From Euryarchaeota archaeon UBA19 (GTDB taxonomy: Archaea > Thermoplasmatota > Poseidoniia > Poseidoniales > Thalassarchaeaceae): a DNA stretch of 50,144 nt. The stretch spans positions 1 to 50,144 of the forward strand of contig DAPQ01000058.1 in NCBI GenBank assembly GCA_002502175.1, given 5' to 3'. Within the stretch, counting starts at the first letter, position 1. Each line of letters starts with the position of its first letter. The position numbers were made by a program, and so were the translations under genes. Under the pieces are notes generated by a model. That model saw only the letters and a list, made by a program, of their open reading frames with translations, did not search any database and was not told where the DNA came from. Shown here one piece after another: positions 1-8,779 of this stretch.

Positions 1-155
1 TCCTGCATCCTTTGCGTATATCCATCGTAATCATTAGAGGCAAATGGAACAAATACAACTCTTTCACATTCAGCAAAATTTTCTGACATTAAGTCACGGT
101 ACAATTCTCTGCGTTCATCCGTGCCGATTCCGCCACTTCCTAGCAGTGCACGCAT
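1..155 (-). CDS. Peptidase S51 / dipeptidase E-like protein, N-terminal part only (gene runs off the window start)
   Basis: The reverse strand from ATG (CAT at 153-155) reads MRALLGSGGIGTDERRELYRDLMSENFAECERVVFVPFASNDYDGYTQRM. This resembles the PepE N-terminus (FIPFA...DYDxYT). Not in the ORF track because the window truncates it. Confidence 0.45.
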   Translation of the reverse strand, partial: MRALLGSGGIGTDERRELYRDLMSENFAECERVVFVPFASNDYDGYTQRMQ

Positions 156-167
156 TTACTTCACCAT

Positions 168-920
168 TCAGACGTAGAAGTCATCTGCTTCAGCGGGCAT
201 CCCAAGGTGTTCCTCGATAGATCCACTGACTTCGATACTCGCGAGTAATTTCCTTGCGGTTTCTTCAGTCGTGTCTAAGTCGATTCCAAGCGGCAAGCCC
301 AGTGCTTCCTCAATCCAACGCGCAAGTCTGTCCGCGGCAATGACATCTGCTGAAGCACCAACGGTATCAGCAACTAATGCAACTGCTGGAACTTGATGTA
401 TTGAAGACAGTGAGACCAAAAGCCCAGCAACCCCAATCATTCCTGCTTCGGGTTGAGATTTACTAACTTCGATATCATTGGCTTGGAGATTGCTACGTAC
501 CTTTGCATCTGCACAAATCACGTGGATAGCTTTCTCTTCAACTTCAGAAGCTAGACCAGCCAAGACCAGTAGTTGAGGAGTCGATTTTGCCATCTCCAAG
601 ATAGCCTGCGCAACCTCGTGTTGTCCTGTTGCAGTCATTGGTTGTAACTCACCAGTTACCGTCACAACATATCTTCCATCGGACAACATTACTCGATGGA
701 CTAGCATTGATGGTGGAGCGAGTAGTCCATCCTTATCCAAAGTAGAGTGAGGGGGCATATCTGGATGGAGTATTCTCGCAATTAGGGTCGAAGGATTATT
801 TTCTACCAATGCGTCAACAACCAACTTGCCAACATTTCCTACACCTGGTACGGCCTCCAACAAAGCCACATGTTCAGGTAATGAATCCCCAATCAACCAA
901 TGTATCTGTGCACGACTCAC
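168..920 (-). CDS. Proteasome assembly chaperone (PAC2) family protein
   Basis: The motif LLEAVPGVGNVGKLVVDAL is typical of archaeal PAC2/COG1938 proteins. It sits last in the conserved rpl44e-rps27e-eif2a-nop10 cluster. I place the start at GTG 918-920, which is preceded by GGAGGAGGA and overlaps the nop10 TGA (917-919). The track's ATG at 962 would overlap nop10 by 46 nt. Confidence 0.7.
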   Translation of the reverse strand: MSRAQIHWLIGDSLPEHVALLEAVPGVGNVGKLVVDALVENNPSTLIARILHPDMPPHSTLDKDGLLAPPSMLVHRVMLSDGRYVVTVTGELQPMTATGQHEVAQAILEMAKSTPQLLVLAGLASEVEEKAIHVICADAKVRSNLQANDIEVSKSQPEAGMIGVAGLLVSLSSIHQVPAVALVADTVGASADVIAADRLARWIEEALGLPLGIDLDTTEETARKLLASIEVSGSIEEHLGMPAEADDFYV

Positions 921-1129
921 TCGTCCTCCTCCTTTCGAGGAGTAGGCAATGATTCGATCCATTCGTCACTTCCAGCGTCTTCTCGCTGTCTTCGACGTGC
1001 TCCTTGAGCATCTTGTGGCGAGTATTTCATTGGTGCAGCGGAAGTCATTTTTCCTCCGCACTCCTTGCATTTTTCAGCAAGTCCATACTCGCCACAAACG
1101 GTACACCGTTGTAGTCTCGTTCGAGCCAT
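917..1129 (-). CDS. nop10: H/ACA ribonucleoprotein complex subunit Nop10
   Basis: 70 aa. The zinc ribbon CTVCGEYGLAEKCKECGG followed by PMKYSPQD matches the Nop10 pattern (C..CG.YTL...CP.CG......P.RFSPED). Conserved position after aIF2alpha. Confidence 0.85.
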   Translation of the reverse strand: MARTRLQRCTVCGEYGLAEKCKECGGKMTSAAPMKYSPQDAQGARRRQREDAGSDEWIESLPTPRKEEDE

Positions 1130-1195
1130 CCCGATTCCTCAGTAGGCATGTCCGCTTTCAGAGGTCTTTGAAGTTGTAGCATGCATATTGGTGAT

Positions 1196-1984
1196 TTACA
1201 TGCGTTCGATATCGATTGAGCCTTCAACCGAAGCGATTGATTCAGTGGCAGCGGTTTGAGCCCCTTCCCACATTCTTTCGGCAGTCTCGTAATCTGGGGC
1301 TCTGATATCGACCCTATACTCTGGGGCGCCATCGTAATGACAGGTTAGTGTTGCATCTTCTTCGCCTTCAGCAACTGCTTCTGCGGCAAGAAGTGCATCT
1401 CGTATTGCATAAACGCCCTCTGAACCCCAAACTTCGATGTTGAACTGACCACGAATCTCAACAAATGGAGGTATGATATTCTCTACCGCTAATTCGATTA
1501 CCGTGGACATCCAATCTCCGCTAAAGCCATTATCGGATAATGCAGTTTCAGAAATTGCACATTCCTCTAGGGCTCCATACAGGGTTCCAAAAATCTCAGT
1601 CATCTCTTCTGAAATTTCAGTGGTTTTTTCTTCATTCCATCCAGTTCTTTCAGCGACAACACCCATAATTTGGTGAGCACGTTGTTCATTCTTCCAACTC
1701 TGAATAGTGTCTCTTCGTCGTTCTTCTGAGACACTCTTGATTGACAAATCAACTCGTTCTCGATCTTTTTTGACTCCGATTACTTTGGCGACGACTCGCT
1801 GTCCAACTCGAATGTGGTTACGTATATTCTTGACCCATCCAGAAGCCACTTCACCAACGAAAACGAATCCTTCACGGGAACCGTATCCGTCTAGGCTAAG
1901 ATAAGCTCCGTTTTCTCGGACATTACTGACAGTACAAACGAGTAATTCGCCTTCTTCAGGCCAATTATCGTTGGTCTCAGCCAT
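1196..1984 (-). CDS. eif2a: Translation initiation factor aIF2 alpha subunit
   Basis: 262 aa. N-terminal S1 domain (PEEGELLVCTVSNVRENGAYLSLDGY...GFVFVGEVASGWVKNIRNHIRVGQRVVAKVIGVKKD...VDLSIK), then helical and alpha-beta domains. Conserved neighbourhood. Confidence 0.9.
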   Translation of the reverse strand: MAETNDNWPEEGELLVCTVSNVRENGAYLSLDGYGSREGFVFVGEVASGWVKNIRNHIRVGQRVVAKVIGVKKDRERVDLSIKSVSEERRRDTIQSWKNEQRAHQIMGVVAERTGWNEEKTTEISEEMTEIFGTLYGALEECAISETALSDNGFSGDWMSTVIELAVENIIPPFVEIRGQFNIEVWGSEGVYAIRDALLAAEAVAEGEEDATLTCHYDGAPEYRVDIRAPDYETAERMWEGAQTAATESIASVEGSIDIERM

Positions 1985-2000
1985 TCTAACGCAGTCCCCT

Positions 2001-2174
2001 TTACTCGAGGACGTCTGTTATTGTGCTTCCGACAAGTTCTGCTTTACCGCCTGCTGGACGGGCTAATGTAGCACCGCAGACCGAGCAGGGAATATGGGTT
2101 GACGCCCTTTCGAAGATTATAGCCACATGACCGCAGTCTTGGCAAGTTACTCGTAGGAATTTTGCATCTCCCAT
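2001..2174 (-). CDS. rps27e: 30S ribosomal protein S27e
   Basis: Internal ATG (CAT 2172-2174) gives MGDAKFLRVTCQDCGHVAIIFERASTHIPCSVCGATLARPAGGKAEL, with a C4 zinc ribbon typical of S27e. The longer track ORF (to 2288) overlaps rpl44e and is not supported. Confidence 0.9.
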   Translation of the reverse strand: MGDAKFLRVTCQDCGHVAIIFERASTHIPCSVCGATLARPAGGKAELVGSTITDVLE

Positions 2175-2178
2175 GATA

Positions 2179-2460
2179 TCACTTCTCCACGAGTTCAAAC
2201 TTCTTTGCTCTCTGTGCGGCAGGCTGGTGAGCCTTTCCAGTCTCGGAGCAACGGTAGAGTAGGTTGACGCGCTTGGTTGGCTTCTCACCAGAAGGCTTTG
2301 GACGAGGGAAACCTCGGTATCCAGATGTAACCTTACGGAATCTTCGCTGACCCCATTTTAATTCGGAAGCGCGTCGCTTCTTGACTCGCTCGACTGTGTG
2401 CTCAGTATGCTTACCAGCCGACGGGCTGTAGCGCATTACCTTACGTGGCATCTTGACCAT
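2179..2460 (-). CDS. rpl44e: 50S ribosomal protein L44e (variant lacking 3 of 4 zinc-ribbon cysteines)
   Basis: MVKMPRKVMRYSPSAGKHTEHTVERVKK...PTKRVNLLYRCSETGKAH aligns to archaeal L44e (YCPxCxxHxEHxVEKV ... LKYRCxECGKAH). GAGGTG (reverse complement of 2468-2473) lies 7 nt upstream of the ATG at 2460. Confidence 0.85.
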   Translation of the reverse strand: MVKMPRKVMRYSPSAGKHTEHTVERVKKRRASELKWGQRRFRKVTSGYRGFPRPKPSGEKPTKRVNLLYRCSETGKAHQPAAQRAKKFELVEK

Positions 2461-2615
2461 CACTGAGCACCTCAACGTCTTACGACGACGCGCCCACCTA
2501 TGACCCATATTTGATTGTGTCGCGAGAAGGCGGGCGCACTTTAGGGGCGAAGTGTCTTATTTTTGCCTAAATTGAAGATAGTCAATTCAAAGAATCTCCC
2601 CCCGCTCCACCAGCC

Positions 2616-3215
2616 ATGGTCTTCTGGGTGAATCAGGCTATCCTGAGCACCACCCTAATGCTAGCGGCATTCTCTATGTGGAGGATGGGTCCTGCCTTCA
2701 AGCGTAGTAAATTCGCTGGACCTATCGCATTAATCGGACTTGCAGGACTCCTATTTTTGCCTGAACAACCTCTGTATTTTGAGTCGGATTATCATCGCTG
2801 CGAGTTCATTTCATTTTGTAACGACGATGGAAGGGAATCTTATCTCAAAGTGGTTTTTTGGTCGTTACTTTCCATTTCTTCTGCATTTATCGGTTGCCAT
2901 ACGATAATCCGAGGCTCCCGAATATACTCAGAACGAAACCTCCCTGTCTTAGCAATTGGGTGGTTTTTCCTTGGATTGTCCTGGTGGACTATTGCCCAGA
3001 GCTCATGGTTTGCAGACGCATATAGTAGACTAGATGTTCTCGCCTGGATGGTTTGTTTCCTCTTTGGTATCGCTGCCACTGTATACCTATTTTTCCATAT
3101 CATTAGATTTACTGAGAAGATTACTCCAAAAGACCCACCAATTGAGCCACTCGACGATAATGAAAGACGTTTGGTTACTGAAATGATTAGAAGAAATATA
3201 GGAGGTGGAAATTAA
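2616..3215 (+). CDS. Hypothetical polytopic membrane protein
   Basis: 199 aa with about 5 hydrophobic segments. No recognisable family. The stop overlaps the next ORF's start (TAATG at 3213-3217). Confidence 0.5.
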   Translation: MVFWVNQAILSTTLMLAAFSMWRMGPAFKRSKFAGPIALIGLAGLLFLPEQPLYFESDYHRCEFISFCNDDGRESYLKVVFWSLLSISSAFIGCHTIIRGSRIYSERNLPVLAIGWFFLGLSWWTIAQSSWFADAYSRLDVLAWMVCFLFGIAATVYLFFHIIRFTEKITPKDPPIEPLDDNERRLVTEMIRRNIGGGN

Positions 3216-3586
3216 TGGTTAGTTTTGACTTTTCATTTGCTGGTATTGGATCATTAGGAGCAATGACGCTAATCGCACTGGTTTTCCTTTCGTACTGCTT
3301 TGCAATACATCTAATCGTAACTTGGAATCCCTATCATCGTCCAGTTATTCCTCTGGTTTCTTCTCTAATTCTTTGCTTAGGTCCAATGTTAGCAATGTCA
3401 ATGCAGAAAGATGGACACACTTCAATTTCGGAAATCCTAGAGGTAGCCTTCCTCTTTACTTCATTGGGCTTAGGAGTAATCGTGCTTTGGATGCCATTTA
3501 TTCTCGCAATCGTCACTTTTCAAATGATTATTGTATCTAGAAAAAGTCCGTCCGAAGACCCCCTTATGGAGATGTTAGATAACTAA
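3215..3586 (+). CDS. Hypothetical membrane protein
   Basis: 123 aa with 3-4 hydrophobic segments. Translationally coupled to the preceding ORF. Confidence 0.45.
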   Translation: MVSFDFSFAGIGSLGAMTLIALVFLSYCFAIHLIVTWNPYHRPVIPLVSSLILCLGPMLAMSMQKDGHTSISEILEVAFLFTSLGLGVIVLWMPFILAIVTFQMIIVSRKSPSEDPLMEMLDN

Positions 3587-3692
3587 CTCGAGTTTTTGTT
3601 TGCGATATTTTGCTAGCAAACCCGTTGCAATCCTTTGGGTAACGCTCATAACAAGCCCGTCGGTCGCCGCGTTGTCCTCAGAGGTGGTAATC

Positions 3693-3881
3693 GTGTCAAA
3701 GGGAACTCCGAGCATGGGCAAGAAGCAAAAGTCCACGCATATTCGATGCCGACGCTGTGGTCGACATTCCTACCACAAGCAAAAGCGGGTTTGCTCATTC
3801 TGTGGCTATGGCGAATCCGCAAGATGGCGTAAATTCCGCTGGAGCAAGCGAAACCGATCTATGGCCCAGCACAAGAAGTGA
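3693..3881 (+). CDS. rpl37e: 50S ribosomal protein L37e
   Basis: GTG at 3693, preceded by GAGGTG (3681-3686), gives [40 protein letters not shown], the canonical L37e N-terminus and C4 zinc ribbon. The upstream part of track ORF 3600-3881 is not L37e-like. Confidence 0.85.
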   Translation: MSKGTPSMGKKQKSTHIRCRRCGRHSYHKQKRVCSFCGYGESARWRKFRWSKRNRSMAQHKK

Positions 3882-3937
3882 AGACTTCGCTCCGGAAATG
3901 GCTAAGTCCTTACTGAATCAGCGAGAGACGATTCCCG

Positions 3938-5428
3938 ATGTGTGGCATCATAGGTCTCGTCGGGCACCCAGATAGTCAGGTAGGTTCGGCGCTCTACGAT
4001 GGCTTACTTGTTTTACAGCACCGAGGTCAGGATGCTGCTGGTATAGTAACCAGCGATTCTAGCAATATTTCGCACAGAAGAGCGAACGGTCTGGTCCGAG
4101 ATGTCTTCCGCCTTCGTCATATTCAAGCGCTTGAAGGTTCGATGGGACTAGGGCATGTTCGATACCCGACTGCAGGTTCCGCATCAGCCTCAGAGGCTCA
4201 ACCATTCTATACCAACTCACCATTCGGTGTAAGTCTAGCACACAATGGGAATTTAACAAACCCAGAAGAAATCATTGATACCTTACTTGAAAGAGATCAT
4301 CGCAGAATCAATACTAGTTCCGATTCTGAAGCATTACTGAACCTATTCGCAGCTGAAATTCAGCGTTCAATCAATGGCCGTAGAGGCGGATTAGATGCAC
4401 TTAGTGATGAGGACGTCTTCCGGGCTGTAAGGGCCATTAACGACACTGTCGAAGGCTCATATTCAGTTGTTACAATGATTACTGGATGGGGTATGGTGGC
4501 CTTCCGAGACCCTCACGGGATTAGGCCTCTAAGTATTGGGACTTGTGAAATCGACGGATTTACTGAAACTTTAGTAGCATCTGAATCCGTCGCTATGAAG
4601 GCACTTGGATTCGAAACAGAAAGAGATGTGAAACCAGGGGAAGCAATTGTCGTTAGGATGGATGGAACTAGAAGTACAAGGATTTGTGCAGATTTACCTA
4701 CTCATACTCCTTGTATTTTCGAATATGTTTACTTTGCACGCCCCGATTCTCGCTTGGACGGAGTATCTGTCCATGGGGCGAGGTTAGCCATGGGGGCGAG
4801 GTTGGCGAATCGTATTGCTGAAGAATTTCCAGATCATGCGATTGATTGTGTAATCCCGGTCCCTGATAGTGGCAGAATTGCTGCTCTTGAATTGGCTAGG
4901 GAGTTAGGTGTATCATATAGAGAGGGATTCGTAAAGAATCGATACATTGGTCGAACATTCATTATGCCCGGGCAGGCCATGAGAAAGGATTCTGTACGAA
5001 AGAAACTAAACACGATTAGACATGAATTTGAAGGAAGAAATGTACTAATTGTGGACGATAGCATCGTCAGAGGAAATACTTCCAGAAGGATTGTTGAGAT
5101 GGCTAGAGAAGCAGGCGCAAAAAAGGTCTACTTCGCCTCAGCAGCACCACCTGTGGTTCATCCAAATGTGTATGGAATCGACATGCCTGCAAAGCATGAG
5201 TATGTCGCTCATAATCGCACCTCTGCAGAGGTTGGTGAAGCGATTGGTGCTGATTGGTTAATCTATCAAAAACTCGAGGATTTAGTTGAATCATGTCTGG
5301 GTGCAGGAGATAGTCGTCTTGCAAACTTTGACTGCTCATGTTTCGATGGTCGCTATGTTGCAGGTAGAATCGACCAAGCATATCTGGATTCCTTAGAAAC
5401 CAAGAGAAAAGATTCTGCTAAAGCCTAA
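3938..5428 (+). CDS. purF: Amidophosphoribosyltransferase
   Basis: 496 aa. N-terminal nucleophile MCGIIG, the GHVRYPTAG and HNGNLTN motifs, and a PRTase motif VLIVDDSIVRGNTS. Confidence 0.95.
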   Translation: MCGIIGLVGHPDSQVGSALYDGLLVLQHRGQDAAGIVTSDSSNISHRRANGLVRDVFRLRHIQALEGSMGLGHVRYPTAGSASASEAQPFYTNSPFGVSLAHNGNLTNPEEIIDTLLERDHRRINTSSDSEALLNLFAAEIQRSINGRRGGLDALSDEDVFRAVRAINDTVEGSYSVVTMITGWGMVAFRDPHGIRPLSIGTCEIDGFTETLVASESVAMKALGFETERDVKPGEAIVVRMDGTRSTRICADLPTHTPCIFEYVYFARPDSRLDGVSVHGARLAMGARLANRIAEEFPDHAIDCVIPVPDSGRIAALELARELGVSYREGFVKNRYIGRTFIMPGQAMRKDSVRKKLNTIRHEFEGRNVLIVDDSIVRGNTSRRIVEMAREAGAKKVYFASAAPPVVHPNVYGIDMPAKHEYVAHNRTSAEVGEAIGADWLIYQKLEDLVESCLGAGDSRLANFDCSCFDGRYVAGRIDQAYLDSLETKRKDSAKA

Positions 5429-5494
5429 ATTTGGGTAATTTTCACTCGTCCATTTACCCGGCATTGTGAAAACCACTAACTCTGGGTTGAGGTT

Positions 5495-7003
5495 GTGAAG
5501 ATTGACAGTTTGCCGACAATCGAGGCCTTTGCCGAGATTGAAATGCTTGAGGATGTGATATCTTCCTGTGTGCTCGGCAACTCTCGCTTTGCAGTAGGTA
5601 CTATCAACGGTAAACTGCAAATTTTTGAGATAGATAATCTACTACAGGATGCCGATTTTGATTCGGCAATTATCTCAATAATCGAATCGGATGAGGAAGT
5701 TATCGCAGCATCGACTACAGGTCTAATTAAGTCACTGAATGAATCTCCTAGTTGGCACCATGAAATCCAATCAGGAATTGAACATATGATCTCTTTAGGG
5801 GATATGATCTGTATATCAGACACCTCTGGATCGATTATCTTCCTTAACTCAAAAGGAGATAATGAAAGAACTCAATCTCATGGAGATGTAGATCGCTTGG
5901 CACATTCTGTTGATGGTGGTTATTTTGCAATCGCAAAAACAGATGGGACTTTACTACTATCAAGCAAATCCGGAGAAATTCTACAAGAATCCCTTGCCGA
6001 TTCTGAAGATGTTGAAACTATCTCGCAAATTTGTTTCCGGTCAGATGGTATTCTTCTAGCCTGTCGAGATTCTCTGGGTATGACACTAGACGAACGACCC
6101 GAAAATCGTCTAGAGTGTTGGCACCCTCAGAGGGGACTTCTGCATACCACTGAGTTACCAGCCATGGCAACTAGCATTCTTGCAACCGAGGATGGTGCAA
6201 TAGTCGGTTGTCAAAATGGAGCGATATTACGATTTAGAATTGGTAAGGATGTAGAGGAGTTACTAATTGTTGAAAATTCGGTTTCTTCAATAATCCAGTG
6301 GGATCAAGATTTGATTATTGGTACTTGGTTTAATGCAATGAGGATATCATCTAGTGGTGAACTAATCTGGTCCTATGAGCATGATGGTTTAGTTAGTGAA
6401 GTTCTGGCAATTAGTTCAGATTTAATCACAGTTATTGGTCGATCACCAGCGGGTCAAAACCCCGCATCGGTTGTTTTACTTGAACCGAATTCCGAACCAA
6501 TAATGCCCGAGGACGAGTCATTTGTCTATGAGTTTAGCAAGGATGCCCCAAATCAGTTTGCAGGTGGCTTGAGTGATGAAGAGATTGCCAAAGCAGAAGC
6601 ACCTCCTCTTCCATCCATAGAAACTAATGAATTAATGAATGCACTGGATGAGGAATTAGAGTATATCGAAGAAGAGAAAGTCATTTCTGAGGCTGATTTA
6701 TTAGAAGATTTATCCGCATCTGCAAAAGCGATTAATCTTCCACCTATTGCAGATGCTGGTGAGGATAAAACCATCTCAGCCGAAGAGGACAATACCGCAA
6801 CTATTCTGCTTGATGGTTCGAGATCATACGACCCAGATGGAAAAATTCAGTCTTATGCTTGGCAGGACTCAAAGGGCAATGTAATAGGCGACTCAGCTCA
6901 AGTTAGAGTTCGGCTGCCTTTGGGAACTCATCCGTTTGAACTAACCGTTGTCGACGATAAAGGAGCGGCCACAAAAGCCATGGTTACAATTAGGATTCAA
7001 TAA
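5495..7003 (+). CDS. Beta-propeller repeat protein with acidic linker and C-terminal PKD-like domain
   Basis: 502 aa with a GTG start. Repeated G(S/T)xxG-hydrophobic strand patterns suggest a WD40/PQQ-like propeller. The C-terminus (PIADAGEDKTI...LDGSRSYDPDGKIQSYAWQD...GTHPFELTVVDDKGA) is PKD-like. No obvious signal peptide. Confidence 0.6.
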   Translation: MKIDSLPTIEAFAEIEMLEDVISSCVLGNSRFAVGTINGKLQIFEIDNLLQDADFDSAIISIIESDEEVIAASTTGLIKSLNESPSWHHEIQSGIEHMISLGDMICISDTSGSIIFLNSKGDNERTQSHGDVDRLAHSVDGGYFAIAKTDGTLLLSSKSGEILQESLADSEDVETISQICFRSDGILLACRDSLGMTLDERPENRLECWHPQRGLLHTTELPAMATSILATEDGAIVGCQNGAILRFRIGKDVEELLIVENSVSSIIQWDQDLIIGTWFNAMRISSSGELIWSYEHDGLVSEVLAISSDLITVIGRSPAGQNPASVVLLEPNSEPIMPEDESFVYEFSKDAPNQFAGGLSDEEIAKAEAPPLPSIETNELMNALDEELEYIEEEKVISEADLLEDLSASAKAINLPPIADAGEDKTISAEEDNTATILLDGSRSYDPDGKIQSYAWQDSKGNVIGDSAQVRVRLPLGTHPFELTVVDDKGAATKAMVTIRIQ

Positions 7004-7009
7004 ACCCAT

Positions 7010-7924
7010 TCAAAGCGCCGCTAAGGCTGATTTGAGGGCAGGAACCGCTTCTTCCCAAGTAGCGACGATTCCGTAGTCTGCAACGCCGAAAATAGGTGCG
7101 TCAGGATCCTTATTTATCGCTACGATATACTTTGATGAACGCATTCCTGCGAGATGTTGAATCGCGCCTGAAATACCTACTGCGATGTATAGTGAAGGTG
7201 TAACGGTCTTTCCTGTTTGTCCAACTTGCATACTGTGAGGCATTCCCCACTCGTCAACAACAGCTCTACTCGCTCCAACTGCGGCCCCAATCAAGTCGGC
7301 AACTTCATCAAGATGTGAGAAATTTTCTTTTTGTCCGATACCTCTTCCACCAGAGATAATGATATCAGCTTCTGATACATCGAGTCTTTCGCTAGCCTTC
7401 GAGATGGCCTCTTTGACAGCAATAGAAACATCCGCACTTTGGTCGACGACGTTTACAGAAGCACTGCCGCCCGAACCCGCAGCGTCGAATGCGTTTGCTC
7501 TCAATGTAATCACACAATCACCTGAGACCGTAGAAGTTTCAACTGCCTTTCCAGAATATATTGGGCGAGTGATGGTAATTCCTGAGGCTAGGCCAGTGGC
7601 GTCTTGGATAATTGGAATCCCTTTCTTTGCCGCCACTCTTGAAGCGACTTCACGCCCAATCGATGTAGCTCCAGCAATTACTACTCCAGAGCACTGTGGA
7701 GAAATTGCACTAGCCCATGCACCACCATCGAATGTTGAGAAGCAATCGCCTACTACCGAGACGACCTTTGAGACTCCATCTATGCTTGCTGCATCTTCTG
7801 CCCCTATACCTCCGGGAACTACGACGGTAGGTACGGCTCCGAGCGAACTTGCAGCTCCTACTAGTTGCGCGGTGATTGGGTGGATTGAGTTGCCTGAAGT
7901 TTCTGCGATTATTGTACATTCCAT
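7010..7924 (-). CDS. etfA: Electron transfer flavoprotein alpha subunit
   Basis: 304 aa. The FAD-binding C-terminus (PSLYIAVGISGAIQHLAGMRSSKYIVAINKDPDAPIF) is diagnostic of EtfA. Confidence 0.9.
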   Translation of the reverse strand: MECTIIAETSGNSIHPITAQLVGAASSLGAVPTVVVPGGIGAEDAASIDGVSKVVSVVGDCFSTFDGGAWASAISPQCSGVVIAGATSIGREVASRVAAKKGIPIIQDATGLASGITITRPIYSGKAVETSTVSGDCVITLRANAFDAAGSGGSASVNVVDQSADVSIAVKEAISKASERLDVSEADIIISGGRGIGQKENFSHLDEVADLIGAAVGASRAVVDEWGMPHSMQVGQTGKTVTPSLYIAVGISGAIQHLAGMRSSKYIVAINKDPDAPIFGVADYGIVATWEEAVPALKSALAAL

Positions 7925-7936
7925 ACTTTCTCCTCC

Positions 7937-8698
7937 TCAAATTACGTTTGCCTCATCTCGAAGTTTACCTACTACCGTAGATACCGATTCTGCACCTTCA
8001 AACTTCTGACCAGGTGGTTTTTCCGCTGGTGGAGAATGTGAATCTATGCTAACGCCTGTTGCGCCAATATCAATACCTAAGTCATCGACAGACCATGTTT
8101 CGATGGGTTTTTTCTTCGCCATCATAATGCCTCTGACATTGGGTCTACGCATCTCAGTAATGCCCTTATCGAGAGCAAATACACAAGGAGCAGACACTGC
8201 CACCTTTTCGTGTCCCGCGGAACTTGGGCGAGTAGCTGTATATTCACTTCCATCAGAGGAGACTTCAGACACTAGAGTGACGCAGGATGCTCCGATGAGT
8301 TCTGCGACCCCAGGTCCCGTTGAACCCGCATTGGTATCTGCGGCTTGTTTACCACAGAAAATAACCGAAGCCCCGGATTTTTGAACCGCTGCTGCGAGAA
8401 GATTCTGAACTTGAGTCGAATCAAGATCGTTGATGTTCTCGGCTGAGACATGGACTAAGGTATCTGCTCCAACTGCCGCAGCGTCTCGAAGTAACTTTTC
8501 ACATCGCGCAGGGCCAGCAGTGATAGCAACTAAATCTCCGCCTGCTGATTCCTTCAATTGCAATGCGGCTTCAAGCGCATACTCATCGTATGGGCTGAAA
8601 GACCACTTTGATACGGCATTTTCATCCACACGACCACCGTTAACGGAAATCTTTGCGGTTGTGTCTGGAACTTGCTTGAGTAGTACAGCGATAGTCAT
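7937..8698 (-). CDS. etfB: Electron transfer flavoprotein beta subunit
   Basis: Internal ATG (CAT 8696-8698) gives MTIAVLLKQVPDTTAKISVN...SPYDEYALEAALQLKE, the typical EtfB N-terminus. Lies directly upstream of etfA. Confidence 0.9.
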   Translation of the reverse strand: MTIAVLLKQVPDTTAKISVNGGRVDENAVSKWSFSPYDEYALEAALQLKESAGGDLVAITAGPARCEKLLRDAAAVGADTLVHVSAENINDLDSTQVQNLLAAAVQKSGASVIFCGKQAADTNAGSTGPGVAELIGASCVTLVSEVSSDGSEYTATRPSSAGHEKVAVSAPCVFALDKGITEMRRPNVRGIMMAKKKPIETWSVDDLGIDIGATGVSIDSHSPPAEKPPGQKFEGAESVSTVVGKLRDEANVI

Positions 8699-8779
8699 AT
8701 GATTGCCCCTTGACGTCTCTTCGACCTGTGTCACATCTATGAATATTAGCAACCTCACCGGTGGTGTTTACGATATCAT

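Noticed and set aside
949-1332. ORFs 949-1179 (+) and 1045-1332 (-)
   Set aside because: They overlap the well-supported nop10 and aIF2alpha genes in other frames. No supporting motifs.
3600-3692. N-terminal 31-aa extension of the L37e ORF
   Set aside because: The extension is not L37e-like. A GTG with an upstream GAGGTG gives the canonical SKGTPS N-terminus.
7359-8009. 216-aa plus-strand ORF (with similar ORFs at 8046-8384 and 8430-8702)
   Set aside because: These are antisense shadow ORFs inside etfA/etfB. They have low-complexity Ala/Ser/Thr/Pro composition, while the opposite strand has diagnostic ETF motifs.
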